64,000 nt of DNA. Source: an uncultured Gemmatimonadales bacterium. Lineage in GTDB: Bacteria > Gemmatimonadota > Gemmatimonadetes > Gemmatimonadales > GWC2-71-9. The stretch lies in contig CAWJMT010000036.1 in assembly GCA_963844035.1 (NCBI GenBank), positions 64,001 through 128,000 of the forward strand. The letters run 5' to 3'. Each line of letters opens with the position of its first letter. The stretch's first letter is position 1. The translations under genes were made by a program, and so were the position numbers. The notes under the pieces are model-generated. The model did no database searches. It was not told the origin of the DNA and saw only the letters and a program-made list of their open reading frames with translations. Positions 9,102-19,306 of the stretch are shown here, piece by piece.

Positions 9102-10473
9102 CCAGGTCGCTCCGTGCGTGGCTGTGGGTTCTCGCGGTCCTGTTGACCGCCTGCGACGACGGGACCGCCCCGCCGCCGGAAGGCGACGATGCCGCGGCCC
9201 GCTCGGGCGGCGACATGACCGTGTTCGACGCCACCAGCGGCTCGTTCAACGCCCCGGCCCCGAATCTCTCGGCGGCGCGGCTGGCGGAACACGTCGAAGG
9301 CGACGCCCAGTTCGAGGCGACGTTCGTCACGGCGCCGGCGCCCGTCAACGCAGGGTTGGGTCCGCTGTACGACAACACATCCTGCCGCGCGTGCCACATC
9401 AAGGACGGCCGCGGCCGGCCGCCCGAGGGGAGCGAGGCGTTCGTCTCGATGTTGCTGCGCCTCAGCGTGGCGGGGACGGACGCGCACGGTGGGCCGGTGT
9501 CCGCCGCCGGGCTTCGGGCACCAGCTCCAGGCCCGCGCCGTGATCGGCACGGCAGCCGAAGCCGATCCTCGGGTGACGTACATCGAGCTCGCGGGGACCT
9601 ACGGCGACGGTCAGCCGTATTCGCTCCGGGAGCCGCACTACGACCTGATGACCCCCTACACGCCGCTGCCCGCGGGCCTGCTCGTCTCACCCAGGGTCGC
9701 GCCGGTGGTGTTCGGCATGGGGTTGCTCGAAGCGATCGACGAAGCCACCGTCGTCGGCCGCGCCGACCCCGCCGATGCGAACGGCGACGGCATCAGCGGC
9801 AAGGCCAACTACGTCTTTGATCCCGACGACCGGTCTGATCGCACTCGGCCGCTTCGGGTGGAAGGCGTCCGCCGCGAGTGCGTTGCACCAGGTGGTCGGT
9901 GCCTATAACGAAGACATGGGGGTCACGTCGCCCTACCTGCCGGAGGAGCCGTGCGTGGGACAGCTGCCCGGTTGCGCGACGCACGCGCCCGACGTCACCG
10001 ACACGATAACGGAGTCGGTCGCGATGTACGTGCGTACGCTGGGTGTCCCCGCCCGCCGCTCCCTGAACGACGCCACCGCGCTGCGCGGCGAGCAGTTGTT
10101 TCAGACCGTGGGCTGCGCCGCCTGTCACACGCAGACGGTCGTCACCGGTACGGCTCCCGAGACTCCGGAAGCGGCGGCGCAAACGATTCACCCCTACACC
10201 GATCTGCTCGTGCACGACATGGGGCCCGGCCTCGCCGACGGCCGCCCCGACTACCTGGCCGGCGGCCAGGAATGGCGCACCGCGCCGCTCTGGGGCATCG
10301 GCCTGACGCAGGTGGTCAACGGACACACCTACTTCCTGCACGACGGACGCGCCCGGGGACTGGCCGAAGCGATCCTCTGGCACGGCGGCGAAGCCATGAC
10401 GGCGCGCGAGCAGTTCCGCACCCTCCCGGCTGCCGATCGTGCGGCGGTGCTGGCGTTCCTCGGCTCGCTCTAG
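9098..10473 (+). CDS. Di-heme oxidoreductase family (DHOR/DUF1111) lipoprotein (frameshifts near 9500 and 9825)
   Basis: LLTAC lipobox, GLGPLY, CRACH and CAACH heme motifs, GRFGWKA, WRTAPLWG, LHDGRA. Confidence 0.85.
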
Positions 10474-10500
10474 GCGTGCCCTTGCCCGCGCGAGAGCCGG

Positions 10501-10536
10501 TGTATAATTTCTCGGTGCGATGAATATTAATGCAGC
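10501..10536. promoter_or_regulatory. ARG box (ArgR operator) over the argC start, with TATAAT -10
   Basis: TGAATATTAATGCA (10521-10534) fits the TGAAT-N4-AT(T/G)CA core; weaker TGTAT half-site at 10501; TATAAT at 10503-10508. Confidence 0.65.
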
Positions 10537-11479
10537 GGTGCCGGTGGGCGTGTTTGGGGCCTCCGGGTATGTCGGACAGGAGTTGATGCGGCTCCTGGCC
10601 GGTCACCCGGGGGCCTCGATTGCGTTTGCCACCGCCGAATCCTCCGCCGGCGAGGTGATGGAGGGCCAGCGGCTGCTCAAGGCCGACGACGCGCCGCTCC
10701 AGCGCGCGGAGCTGGTGTTTTCCTGCCTGCCGCACGGGGTCTCGGGACGCTACGTGCAGGCGGCGCGCGCCGCGGGCCGCCGGGCGGTGGATCTCTCGGC
10801 GGATTTCCGTCTGAGTCCGGAGGCGGTGTACGGGCTCACCGAAGTCACGCGGCCGCGCGTGGCCGGCGCGGACCTCGTCGCCAACCCCGGCTGCTATCCG
10901 ACGGCGGCGTTGCTTGCGCTCATTCCGCTGGCCAAGCGGGGCCTCATCGACCCGGCGCGCGACGTCGTGATCGACGCGGCGTCGGGGGTCACCGGCGCGG
11001 GGCGCAGCCCCAAGCGCGAGCTGCTGTTCGGCGAGGTCACGGAGAATTTTCGCGCCTACGCCGTCGGCAACACGCATCGGCACCTCCCCGAGCTCCGCGA
11101 CACGCTGGCACGCGAGGGAGGGTTCACGGGCGACCTGCTGTTCACGCCGCACCTGCTGCCGGTCAAGCGCGGCATTCTCGAGACGATCCACGTGCCGCTC
11201 ACCCGGGCTCTCGATCAGGCGGCCGCCGAGGACCTGTACGGCGAAGCGTACGCGGGCGAACCGTGCGTCCAGCTCATGCGGGGTGGGCTACCCTCGCTCC
11301 AGGACGTGGTGTACCGGAATCGAGTGGCGATCGGTGTGGTGCCGGTGACCAACGTGCAACGGCCGCGCCTCACGGTCATCGCGGCCATCGACAACCTCGT
11401 CAAGGGCGCGGCGGGGCAGGCGGTGCAGAACATGAACGTGATGCTCGGAATCCAAGAGACGCTGGGGCTCGCGTGCTAG
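10520..11479 (+). CDS. argC: N-acetyl-gamma-glutamyl-phosphate reductase
   Basis: GASGYVG, DLSADFR, ANPGCYPT, SGVTGAG, DNLVKGAAGQAVQN. Confidence 0.95.
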   Translation: MNINAAVPVGVFGASGYVGQELMRLLAGHPGASIAFATAESSAGEVMEGQRLLKADDAPLQRAELVFSCLPHGVSGRYVQAARAAGRRAVDLSADFRLSPEAVYGLTEVTRPRVAGADLVANPGCYPTAALLALIPLAKRGLIDPARDVVIDAASGVTGAGRSPKRELLFGEVTENFRAYAVGNTHRHLPELRDTLAREGGFTGDLLFTPHLLPVKRGILETIHVPLTRALDQAAAEDLYGEAYAGEPCVQLMRGGLPSLQDVVYRNRVAIGVVPVTNVQRPRLTVIAAIDNLVKGAAGQAVQNMNVMLGIQETLGLAC

Positions 11480-12238
11480 GCCCGCGCGTCGCCAAGCTCG
11501 GCGGCAACGAGCTCGACCGGCCCGGGTGGCTCGAGGAGTGTGCGCGGGCGCTCAAAGCTTGTCGATCCACTTGTAGTGGTGCACGGGGGCGGGCAGGCGA
11601 TCACCGCCTTGTCGCGGCGTCTCGACTTGCCCGTCGAGAAGCGCGACGGTAAGCGCGTCACCACGGTCCAGGTGGCGGAGGTCGTCGAGATGGTGCTCGC
11701 GGGCCCCGTGAACCGCCAGGTCGTAGGCGCGCTGCGCGCCGCCGGCCTGGACGCGCTGGGCCTGTCCGGAACGGACGGGGGACTGTTCACGGCGCGCCGC
11801 GCCGCCGGCAACCTCGGCCACGTAGGGGAGATCACTGCCGTCCGGGCCGCGCTGCTCCAGAGTCTCCTGCTCGCGGGACTCACCCCGGTCATCGCTCCTG
11901 TCGCGCCAGACCCTGACGTTTCGGGCGTGCCGTTCAACATCAACGCCGACGATGCGGCCTCCGCGGTCGCCGCCGCGCTGGGCGCCTCCGAGCTGCTGTT
12001 CGTGTCCGATATCCCCGGGGTCAACGTGGGTGGCGTCGCTCAACCCGAGATCGCGGCGACCGAGATCGAAGGGCTCATTGCCTCAGGCGTTGCGAAGGAT
12101 GGGATGGCCGCGAAGCTCAGAGCCGCCGCCGCTGCTCTCCGGGGCGGCGCGCGCGTCGTGCGCATCGGCGACATGGACATGCTCCGCACGCCCACCGCCG
12201 GCACCCGGATCGTGGCCGCCGTGACGCAGCCCGCATGA
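11473..12238 (+). CDS. argB: Acetylglutamate kinase (frameshift near 11555)
   Basis: VAKLGGN in the upstream frame, then VVHGGG, NINADDAA, GMAAK. Confidence 0.9.
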
Positions 12239-13398
12239 CCGCGACCACTCCGGCTGCTTCCGCCCTCCTCGGGGTCTACGCGCGGGTCGGTCCTCTGTTC
12301 GTGGGCGGCGACGGCGTTGAGCTGATCGCCGAAGACGGCACCCGCTACCTCGATTTCGTCGCCGGGATCGGCGTCAACGCCCTGGGCTACAACCATCCCG
12401 TGATCCGGGGGGCGATCGAGCGGGCGCTGGCCACCGGGCTCATCCACGTTTCCAACCTGTACCGGACGGACCCGGGCGAGCGGTTGGCCGACGAGCTCGT
12501 GAGCCGCTCGTTTGCGGACCACGTCTTCTTTTGCAATTCGGGCGCGGAGGCGAATGAGGCGGCGTTCAAGTTCGCCCGCAAGCGCACCGGGAAGCCGGGC
12601 ATCGTCGCGTTCAGCGGCGCGTTCCACGGACGCCTGTTCGCCACGCTCGCCGCGACCGATCGCCCCGACTACCGCCGGCCCTTCGAGCCCCTCGTGCCGC
12701 ACATCGAGATCGTGCCGCTCGGCGATCGCGCCGTCGCCGGCCGGGCGATCTCAGCCGAGCGCACGGGGGCGGTCATTATCGAGCCGGTGCAGGGGGAGGG
12801 CGGTGTCCGCCCCATCGATCCGGCGTGGCTGGCCTGGCTGCGGGAAGTGTGCGACGAGCGCGGCGTGGCCCTGATCTTCGACGAGGTGCAGTGCGGCCTC
12901 GGCCGGACCGGGACGCTGTTCGCGTACGAGCAGACCGGGGTCGTCCCCGACATGGCGACCCTCGCCAAGCCGTTGGCCGGCGGCCTGCCGATGGGAGCGG
13001 TCCTCCTCAAGGAGGCGATTGCCCAGGCGCTCGCTCCCGGCGATCACGCGACCACGTTCGGCGGCGGGCCGCTGGTGGCGAGCGTGGCGCTCGAGGTGGT
13101 GCGCGCGCTCGCGCATCCCGACCTGCTCGCGTCGGTGCGCCGCAACGGCGAGTGGATGGAGACGCGCCTGTCCGGCGTTGCGGCGCGCTCGAGCCGCGTA
13201 CGTGCCGTGCGCGGACGGGGACTGATGTGGGGCGTCGAGCTCACCGAGCCCGCGGCGCCATTTGTGGCGGCGATGCGCGAGCGCGGCTTGTTGATTGCGA
13301 CGGCCGGCCCGAACGTCCTCCGCATGCTCCCGCCTCTCGTGATCACCCCGGCCGACCTGGCGCGCGGGGTGGCGATTCTCGAGGCGGTGCTGGCGTGA
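12235..13398 (+). CDS. argD: Acetylornithine aminotransferase
   Basis: YLDFVAGIGVNALG, NSGAEANE, FDEVQCGLGRTG, AKPLAGGLP; position in the arg cluster. Confidence 0.92.
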   Translation: MTATTPAASALLGVYARVGPLFVGGDGVELIAEDGTRYLDFVAGIGVNALGYNHPVIRGAIERALATGLIHVSNLYRTDPGERLADELVSRSFADHVFFCNSGAEANEAAFKFARKRTGKPGIVAFSGAFHGRLFATLAATDRPDYRRPFEPLVPHIEIVPLGDRAVAGRAISAERTGAVIIEPVQGEGGVRPIDPAWLAWLREVCDERGVALIFDEVQCGLGRTGTLFAYEQTGVVPDMATLAKPLAGGLPMGAVLLKEAIAQALAPGDHATTFGGGPLVASVALEVVRALAHPDLLASVRRNGEWMETRLSGVAARSSRVRAVRGRGLMWGVELTEPAAPFVAAMRERGLLIATAGPNVLRMLPPLVITPADLARGVAILEAVLA

Positions 13399-13892
13399 GG
13401 ACGGCGCCGCTCGCGCTCGTGCGTCCCACGCGCGCGCCGGTGGTACGTCCCGCATCGCTCGTGGACGTGCCGCAGCTCGAAACGCTGATCGGGCCCTACG
13501 TGGCGACGGGGGACCTGCTACCGCGCAGCAACTACGACCTGTGCCGCCACATCAAGGAGTATGTGGTCGCTCCGGGCCCGGACGGACGCATCGTCGGATG
13601 CGGCTCCCTCAAGGTCTACTCGCAGGCGCTCGGCGAAATCGCAGGGCTCGCCGTGCATCCCGACGCACAGGGGAGCGGCGTGGGCCGCGCCATCATGGAG
13701 GCGCTGATCGCCGAGGCGCGGGCCAGCGGGCTTGCCGAGGTGCTGGCGCTCACGCGCAAGCCGGCATTTTTCTTCAAGCTCGGCTTCCTGCCGTCGGAAA
13801 AGGAGCACTTCCCATTGAAGGTGTGGGCCGACTGCACCCGGTGTCCGCGGCAGAACTGCTGTGACGAGGTGGCGGTCGTCCTGAAGGTCTAG
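13395..13892 (+). CDS. argA: Short GNAT N-acetylglutamate synthase (short ArgA)
   Basis: LLPRS...VGCGSL...EIAGLAV...G.GVG...FFFKLGF...KVWADC..C; GTGA overlap with argD. Confidence 0.8.
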   Translation: MRTAPLALVRPTRAPVVRPASLVDVPQLETLIGPYVATGDLLPRSNYDLCRHIKEYVVAPGPDGRIVGCGSLKVYSQALGEIAGLAVHPDAQGSGVGRAIMEALIAEARASGLAEVLALTRKPAFFFKLGFLPSEKEHFPLKVWADCTRCPRQNCCDEVAVVLKV

Positions 13893-14890
13893 CTGTCTTT
13901 CCGCTGCTCCCGGCCGAATCGGTGCGGGGGGTCAACGTCCCGGGGGGACACATAGACCTGGTCCCCCTTCTGCAACGCCAACTCCACGTACCGTTCCCGC
14001 GCCACTTCCACCTCGATCGTCTGGCCGCCGTCCAACCCGTCGAGCTCGACTCGCACCACTGCCCCGAACGGGCGCAGGTGGCGCACGGTCGCCAGCACGG
14101 CATGGGCGCCCTGAGCGGTCCGCGCCAATTCGACGTCGTGTGGCCGCAGCAGCCGTCCGTGGAACAGATTCACGTCGCCGAGGAAACGATACACGAACTC
14201 CGACGCGGGATGCTCGTACACCTCCTCCGGCGTGCCGACTTGCTCGATCCGTCCCTGGTTCATTACCACGATGCGATCCGCCACCTCGAGCGCCTCTTCC
14301 TGGTCGTGGGTGACGAACACGCTGGTGACGTGAATCTCGTCGTGCAGCCGCCGCAGCCAGCGCCGCAGCTCCTTGCGGACCTTCGCATCGAGCGAGCCGA
14401 ACGGCTCATCGAGCAACAGCACGTTGGGCTCCACGGCGAGCGCTCGGGCGAGCGCGACCCGCTGGCGCTGCCCGCCGGACAGCTCGGACGGATCGCGGCC
14501 GGCCACGCCGTCCAGCTGCACCAGCCGCAACAGATCGTGGGCCCGGCGCCGGATCTCGGCTTCGGTGGGGCGCGTGCTGGGTGGCCGCACGCGCAGCCCG
14601 AACGCGACGTTTTCGAGCACGCTCATGTGGCGGAACAGGGCGTAGTGCTGAAACACGAAGCCGACGCGCCGGTCGCGCACGTGGCGCTCGGTGGCATCCT
14701 CGCCGTGGAAATGGATCGTTCCCGAATCCGGGGCCTCCAGTCCGGCGATGATCCGGAGCAGGGTGGTCTTACCGGAGCCCGACGGGCCCAGCAGAGCGAC
14801 CAGCTCCCCCGCCGGAATTTCGAGGCTCACGCCGTTGAGCGCCTGTGAGCCGACAAACACCTTGCTGACGTCGCGAACCTCGATACTCAT
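13889..14890 (-). CDS. cysA: Sulfate/thiosulfate ABC transporter ATPase
   Basis: [47 protein letters not shown] tail. Confidence 0.95.
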   Translation of the reverse strand: MSIEVRDVSKVFVGSQALNGVSLEIPAGELVALLGPSGSGKTTLLRIIAGLEAPDSGTIHFHGEDATERHVRDRRVGFVFQHYALFRHMSVLENVAFGLRVRPPSTRPTEAEIRRRAHDLLRLVQLDGVAGRDPSELSGGQRQRVALARALAVEPNVLLLDEPFGSLDAKVRKELRRWLRRLHDEIHVTSVFVTHDQEEALEVADRIVVMNQGRIEQVGTPEEVYEHPASEFVYRFLGDVNLFHGRLLRPHDVELARTAQGAHAVLATVRHLRPFGAVVRVELDGLDGGQTIEVEVARERYVELALQKGDQVYVSPRDVDPPHRFGREQRKDS

Positions 14891-15789
14891 ACGGCCGCCT
14901 CCTGCTCGTGCGCCGTGTCCGCTCGCCGGCGGAGCTCAAACCACTCCACCAGGCTTCGGGCCACCAGCGTCACAATCGCGAGCAACGCGAGCAGTGACGC
15001 GACCGCGAACGCCGCCGCGAGGTGGTACTCGTTATAGAGAATCTCCACCTGTAAGGGCAAGGTGTTGGTGACCCCCCGGATATGTCCCGACACGACCGAC
15101 ACGGCGCCGAATTCGCCCATGGCGCGCGCATTACAGACGATCACGCCGTACAGCAGGCCCCACTTGATGCTGGGAATCGTAATACGGCGGAAGGTCTGCC
15201 ACCCGCTCGCGCCCAGCACCATCGCCGCCTCCTCCTCCTCCGTGCCCTGCTCCTGCATCAGCGGAATCAGCTCGCGCGCCACGAACGGGACGGTCACGAA
15301 GATCGTGGCGAGCACGATGCCCGGCACGGCGAAGACGATCCCGATCTCGTGGTCGGCGAGCCAGGGGCCGAACCATCCTTGCGCGCCGAACAACAGCACG
15401 AACATCATCCCCGCGATCACGGGCGAGACCGTGAAGGGCACGTCGATCAGCGTCACCAGGAGCTGCTTCCCGGGAAACGTGAACTTCGCGATCGACCACG
15501 CGGCCGCCACGCCGAAGACCAGGTTTAGCGGCACCGCGATCGCCGCCGTCAGCAGCGTGAGCCGGACCGCTGCGAGCGCATCGGGATCGCGCAGCGCCGC
15601 GGCATAGACCCCGACCCCTTTCCTGAATGCCTCGGTCAGCACCACGATCAGCGGGAGGGCAAGGAACAGCGCGAGAAACGCGAGCGCCGTCCCCATCAGG
15701 ATCCAGCGGACCCACGCGGGCTCGGCGGCCGGTCCCGCCCTTCGCGTTCGCGGCGGAGCACTCGTGCGCATCGCGAGGGCTTGAGACAT
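14887..15789 (-). CDS. cysW: Sulfate ABC transporter permease CysW
   Basis: [31 protein letters not shown]. Confidence 0.95.
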   Translation of the reverse strand: MSQALAMRTSAPPRTRRAGPAAEPAWVRWILMGTALAFLALFLALPLIVVLTEAFRKGVGVYAAALRDPDALAAVRLTLLTAAIAVPLNLVFGVAAAWSIAKFTFPGKQLLVTLIDVPFTVSPVIAGMMFVLLFGAQGWFGPWLADHEIGIVFAVPGIVLATIFVTVPFVARELIPLMQEQGTEEEEAAMVLGASGWQTFRRITIPSIKWGLLYGVIVCNARAMGEFGAVSVVSGHIRGVTNTLPLQVEILYNEYHLAAAFAVASLLALLAIVTLVARSLVEWFELRRRADTAHEQEAAV

Positions 15790-15791
15790 CG

Positions 15792-16628
15792 CTAGTCCGT
15801 GGCCCCCGTCAGCCGCTTGCGGCTCGAGAGCACATTGATGGCGACGAGCAGCGCGAACGAGATGACCAGCAGCACCACGGCGATCGCCGATGCGCCGGCA
15901 TAGTCATACTGCTCGAGCTTCGTCATGATCAACAGCGGAGCGATTTCCGTGCGCATCGGCATGTTGCCGGAGATGAATACCACCGAGCCGTATTCGCCGA
16001 CCGCCCGCGCAAAGGCGAGGGCAAACCCCGTAATGAGCGCCGGCCGGATGGCGGGCAGCAGCACGCGACGGAACACATCCCAGCGGGTCGCGCCGAGACT
16101 CGCCGCCGCTTCTTCCACGTCCGCCTCGAGGTCCTCGAGTACGGGCTGCAGAGTGCGGATCACGAACGGCAACCCGATGAAGGTCAACGCCACGACGATG
16201 CCGAGCGGCGTGAAGGCGACCTTGATTCCGAGCGGGGCGAGCCACGACCCGAGCCAGCCATTGGGGCCATACAGGGTGGTGAGCGCGATCCCTGCGACCG
16301 CGGTCGGAAGCGCGAACGGCAGGTCCACCAGCGCGTCTACCAGGCGCCGTCCCGGGAACGGGTACCGCACCAGCACCCAGGCCACCACCAATCCGAACAC
16401 CGCACTAATGACGGCCGCTGTCAGCGATGCGAGCAGGCTCAATCGGTACGAGGCGAGCACGCGCGGGGTTGTGACTGCGTCCCACAGACCGCCCCAGCCC
16501 AGGCCCGCGCTCTTTACGAAGATGGTGGACAGCGGGATCAGCACGACAAGTCCGAGGTACGTCACCGTGAACCCGAGTGACAGGCCGAAACCCGGGAGCA
16601 CCGACGCCTGCCTCCGGAGCACGCTCAC
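15792..16628 (-). CDS. cysT: Sulfate ABC transporter permease CysT
   Basis: [33 protein letters not shown]. Confidence 0.95.
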   Translation of the reverse strand: MSVLRRQASVLPGFGLSLGFTVTYLGLVVLIPLSTIFVKSAGLGWGGLWDAVTTPRVLASYRLSLLASLTAAVISAVFGLVVAWVLVRYPFPGRRLVDALVDLPFALPTAVAGIALTTLYGPNGWLGSWLAPLGIKVAFTPLGIVVALTFIGLPFVIRTLQPVLEDLEADVEEAAASLGATRWDVFRRVLLPAIRPALITGFALAFARAVGEYGSVVFISGNMPMRTEIAPLLIMTKLEQYDYAGASAIAVVLLVISFALLVAINVLSSRKRLTGATD

Positions 16629-17647
16629 GGCTTCGCGACCCGGGCCTGATAGATCTGGTCGAACAACCCCCCGTCCGCGAAGTGCTTTGCTTGAACTTTG
16701 CTCCAGTCGCCGAATACCTCGGCTACTGTGAAGAGCGCGATCTTGGGAAACTGCCCGGCGAATTTGGCCGCGACGGCATCGAGGCGGGGCCGGTAGTAGT
16801 TCTTGGCCGCGATCTCCTGTCCGGCGTCTGTGTAGAGGTACTCGAGATAGGCTTGGGCGACGGCCAGGGTGCCGTGCTTCTTCGCGACCTTCTCGACCAC
16901 CGCAACCGGTGGCTCGGCAAGAACGGTGATCGACGGCATCACAATCTCGACCTTTCCCGATCCTAGCTCACGCACCGCCAACAGGGCCTCGTTCTCCCAC
17001 GCGATCAGGACGTCTCCGATGCCGCGCTCCACGAAGGTGGTCGTCGCACCCCGCGCACCACCGTCCAGCACCGGGACGTTGCCGTAAAGGCTGGTCACGA
17101 ACGCGCGCGCCTTGGCTTCGTCGCCCCCGGGACGTCGCAGCGCGTAGCCCCAGGCGGCCAGGTAGTTCCACCGCGCGCCCCCCGACGTCTTCGGGTTCGG
17201 AGTCACCACGGAAATTCCCGGGCGCACCAGATCGTCCCAGTCCCGGATGTGTTTGGGGTTGCCTTTGCGGACGAGCAAAACGATGGTCGATGTGTACGGC
17301 GTACTGTTGTGCGGAAGCCGCGATTGCCAGTCGGGCGGGATCAGGCCGCTCCGCGCGCTGATCTGGTCGATGTCGCCTGCCAGCGCGAGCGTCACCACAT
17401 CTGCGCCGAGTCCGTCGATTACGGCGCGCGCTTGCGATCCCGAGCCCCCATGGGATTGGCGGATCGTGACGTCCTGACCGGTCTTCTCCTTCCAATAGCG
17501 GACGAACGCCGCGTTGTACGACTGGTACAGCTCACGCGTTGGATCGTACGACACGTTGAGCAGCGTGACGGGCTTTTGGGCTGGCGCGGGCGTGATCGCG
17601 GAAACCGCGAGCGCGACCAGCAATGGGAGCGTCATATGTCGAGTCAT
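16625..17647 (-). CDS. sbp: Sulfate-binding periplasmic protein
   Basis: [37 protein letters not shown]. Confidence 0.95.
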   Translation of the reverse strand: MTRHMTLPLLVALAVSAITPAPAQKPVTLLNVSYDPTRELYQSYNAAFVRYWKEKTGQDVTIRQSHGGSGSQARAVIDGLGADVVTLALAGDIDQISARSGLIPPDWQSRLPHNSTPYTSTIVLLVRKGNPKHIRDWDDLVRPGISVVTPNPKTSGGARWNYLAAWGYALRRPGGDEAKARAFVTSLYGNVPVLDGGARGATTTFVERGIGDVLIAWENEALLAVRELGSGKVEIVMPSITVLAEPPVAVVEKVAKKHGTLAVAQAYLEYLYTDAGQEIAAKNYYRPRLDAVAAKFAGQFPKIALFTVAEVFGDWSKVQAKHFADGGLFDQIYQARVAKP

Positions 17648-17657
17648 GTATGCTCCC

Positions 17658-19010
17658 TCAAAACGCCTGTTGGATGCGGACGACGAAGAAATTCTCATTG
17701 GTGCGATTGCCGGTCGCGGCCCCAGCGGCGAAGCGCGTCCGTTCGTAGTTCACCGCGAAGTGCACCGCGGGCGCGAGGTGCCACTTGATGCCTGCCCCCC
17801 ACGCCTTCGCGCTGGTCACGGAATTCCCCACGGCCGCAAAGATGGGAAACGCGTCCGCGTCCGGAAGCAACTCACTGTAGCGGGCGCCGAGCTCCAGAGC
17901 CCCCCAATTCCGTTTCTTGGGATCGAACGGTCGCTTCGGGGTGACCGTAGCGAACGAGGCTTTCTCGCCGGTGACAAACCACGAGGCGGCCACCTGCCAG
18001 CCGCGACTCGTCAGGCGGCTGCCGGCGGTCCCGCGCGTGACATCCTGCTCAGATATGGAGTATTCGCCGAGTACACCGATCGGGCCACCGTACCAATACG
18101 CCTGCGGCGCGTAACGGATACGGCGTCCGTTCGCGACCGTGCTGTCGCGGTAGCGGAACATCGGCTGCTGGCCGGGCGTCACGTATGTCGGCAACGCGCT
18201 GGCCGCGAGTGTACCGCGCTCGATCCCGGTGCTGGCGGCAATCCCCACTCCCAGGCCACCCACTTTGGCGAACACGCGCGCCTCGAAATCCTTGTCGTTC
18301 GTCAGGTCCGCATCCCCGTTCCCCAGATCCGGTACGCCGTTGAAGACCCCGACGGCGTACGACAAGTGCCCTCCCGCGAGATCGCCGACCGCCTGCAGAC
18401 CGACGTCGCGGTTCGGCACCAGGTTGGTCGGCAGTCCGCGCTCGACGAACCGGATGTCCGTCGCCGACTGCAGACGCTCGAGACCGAGCGGCGGCTTCGT
18501 CTTGCCGGCGCGCAGCCCGAACTGTGCGGCAGGCCGGAAGTCCAGGTAGGCGTCGAACAGCACCACCCGGCCCTGCCCGAAATCGGGCGTCAGCCGCAGC
18601 GTGAAGTACTTCCACACCGTGGCGTCGAGGACTGGGCGAGCGCGCCGCAGGCCCAGGGTGGTGTTGCCGAGCGTCGCTGGGGCTTCGCCGGGGAAAGAGC
18701 GCCCATCGGCCTGGATGTAGGCGCGAAACTTGAGCTGATACGCACCGTCTGCCGACTTGATGAGGAACCCCTCCTTTCCCGCCGCTACGCGGGGTTGCTG
18801 CTTCGCCGCCGCGGCAACGCTGTCCTGCTTGAGCTCCAGGAGACGCGCGAGAATGCGCACCTTCTGGTCGAGCTGCTCCAGTCGTTCCCCGACGCTCGGT
18901 TGTGAGTCGCGCAGCGCGGCCGTGTCCTGCTGCGCCGCGCCCGATTGCGCCGCACCAGCCAACCCCAGGATGCTGATCACCAATGCCACCGACCAATGAG
19001 CCCTGTACAT
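17658..19010 (-). CDS. OprO/OprP-family anion-selective porin, first gene of the sulfate operon
   Basis: Signal peptide, short coiled coil, LRRARP, PDFGQG, GLERLQS, PNRDVG, C-terminal QQAF; GAGGAG SD. Confidence 0.85.
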   Translation of the reverse strand: MYRAHWSVALVISILGLAGAAQSGAAQQDTAALRDSQPSVGERLEQLDQKVRILARLLELKQDSVAAAAKQQPRVAAGKEGFLIKSADGAYQLKFRAYIQADGRSFPGEAPATLGNTTLGLRRARPVLDATVWKYFTLRLTPDFGQGRVVLFDAYLDFRPAAQFGLRAGKTKPPLGLERLQSATDIRFVERGLPTNLVPNRDVGLQAVGDLAGGHLSYAVGVFNGVPDLGNGDADLTNDKDFEARVFAKVGGLGVGIAASTGIERGTLAASALPTYVTPGQQPMFRYRDSTVANGRRIRYAPQAYWYGGPIGVLGEYSISEQDVTRGTAGSRLTSRGWQVAASWFVTGEKASFATVTPKRPFDPKKRNWGALELGARYSELLPDADAFPIFAAVGNSVTSAKAWGAGIKWHLAPAVHFAVNYERTRFAAGAATGNRTNENFFVVRIQQAF

Positions 19011-19049
19011 GGAATCGCTCGCTCCTCGTCCATTGAGATGAACCCGCAC

Positions 19050-19080
19050 AAAAAACCCGGTCACGTTTGGGGTGGCCGGG
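19050..19080 (-). terminator. Intrinsic terminator (attenuator 3:4 hairpin) in the sulfate operon leader
   Basis: Minus strand CCCGGCCAC-CCCAAAC-GTGACCGGG-TTTTTT, 40 nt upstream of the porin ATG. Confidence 0.85.
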
Positions 19081-19121
19081 CCTGGGATCAGCTCGATTGG
19101 CGGAGAGGCTTGAGCGATTCC

Positions 19122-19214
19122 TCACATCGACAATGCGCGTACCATGGCGCCCGTCCAACCCTGAGGCTGGCGGGGACAACAACACATGGGACAACAGCGC
19201 AGCGCGATGATCAT
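19122..19214 (-). CDS. Cys-rich leader peptide (30 aa) MIIALRCCPMCCCPRQPQGWTGAMVRALSM
   Basis: Manual translation; 5 Cys codons, all TGT; lies between the promoter and the terminator. Confidence 0.8.
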   Translation of the reverse strand: MIIALRCCPMCCCPRQPQGWTGAMVRALSM

Positions 19215-19224
19215 GAGGCGGTAC

Positions 19225-19253
19225 AAGCTAGAGTCCTCCCTTGGGCAAGTCAA
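19225..19253 (-). promoter_or_regulatory. sigma70-type promoter TTGACT-17-TAGCTT for the leader and sulfate operon
   Basis: -35 at 19253-19248, -10 at 19230-19225, 10 nt before the leader ATG. Confidence 0.7.
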
Positions 19254-19271
19254 CACGGCGAGGTCCGCCTG

Positions 19272-19301
19272 TTGACACAGCCGAAGCGGGACGCTGAGAT
19301 T
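19272..19301 (+). promoter_or_regulatory. Possible divergent promoter TTGACA-18-GAGATT just before ATG 19307
   Basis: Perfect -35, imperfect -10, no SD. Confidence 0.4.
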
Positions 19302-19306
19302 GCCGC

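Noticed and set aside
11540..11570. Programmed ribosomal frameshift in argB and other split genes
   Set aside because: No consistent slippery heptamer or stimulatory structure, and the breaks are scattered across unrelated genes, which favours sequencing error
19010..19260. SAM or other riboswitch, or T-box, upstream of the sulfate operon
   Set aside because: No SAM-I/II core or T-box consensus recognised by eye; the Cys leader peptide explains the terminator. An Rfam scan would settle it.
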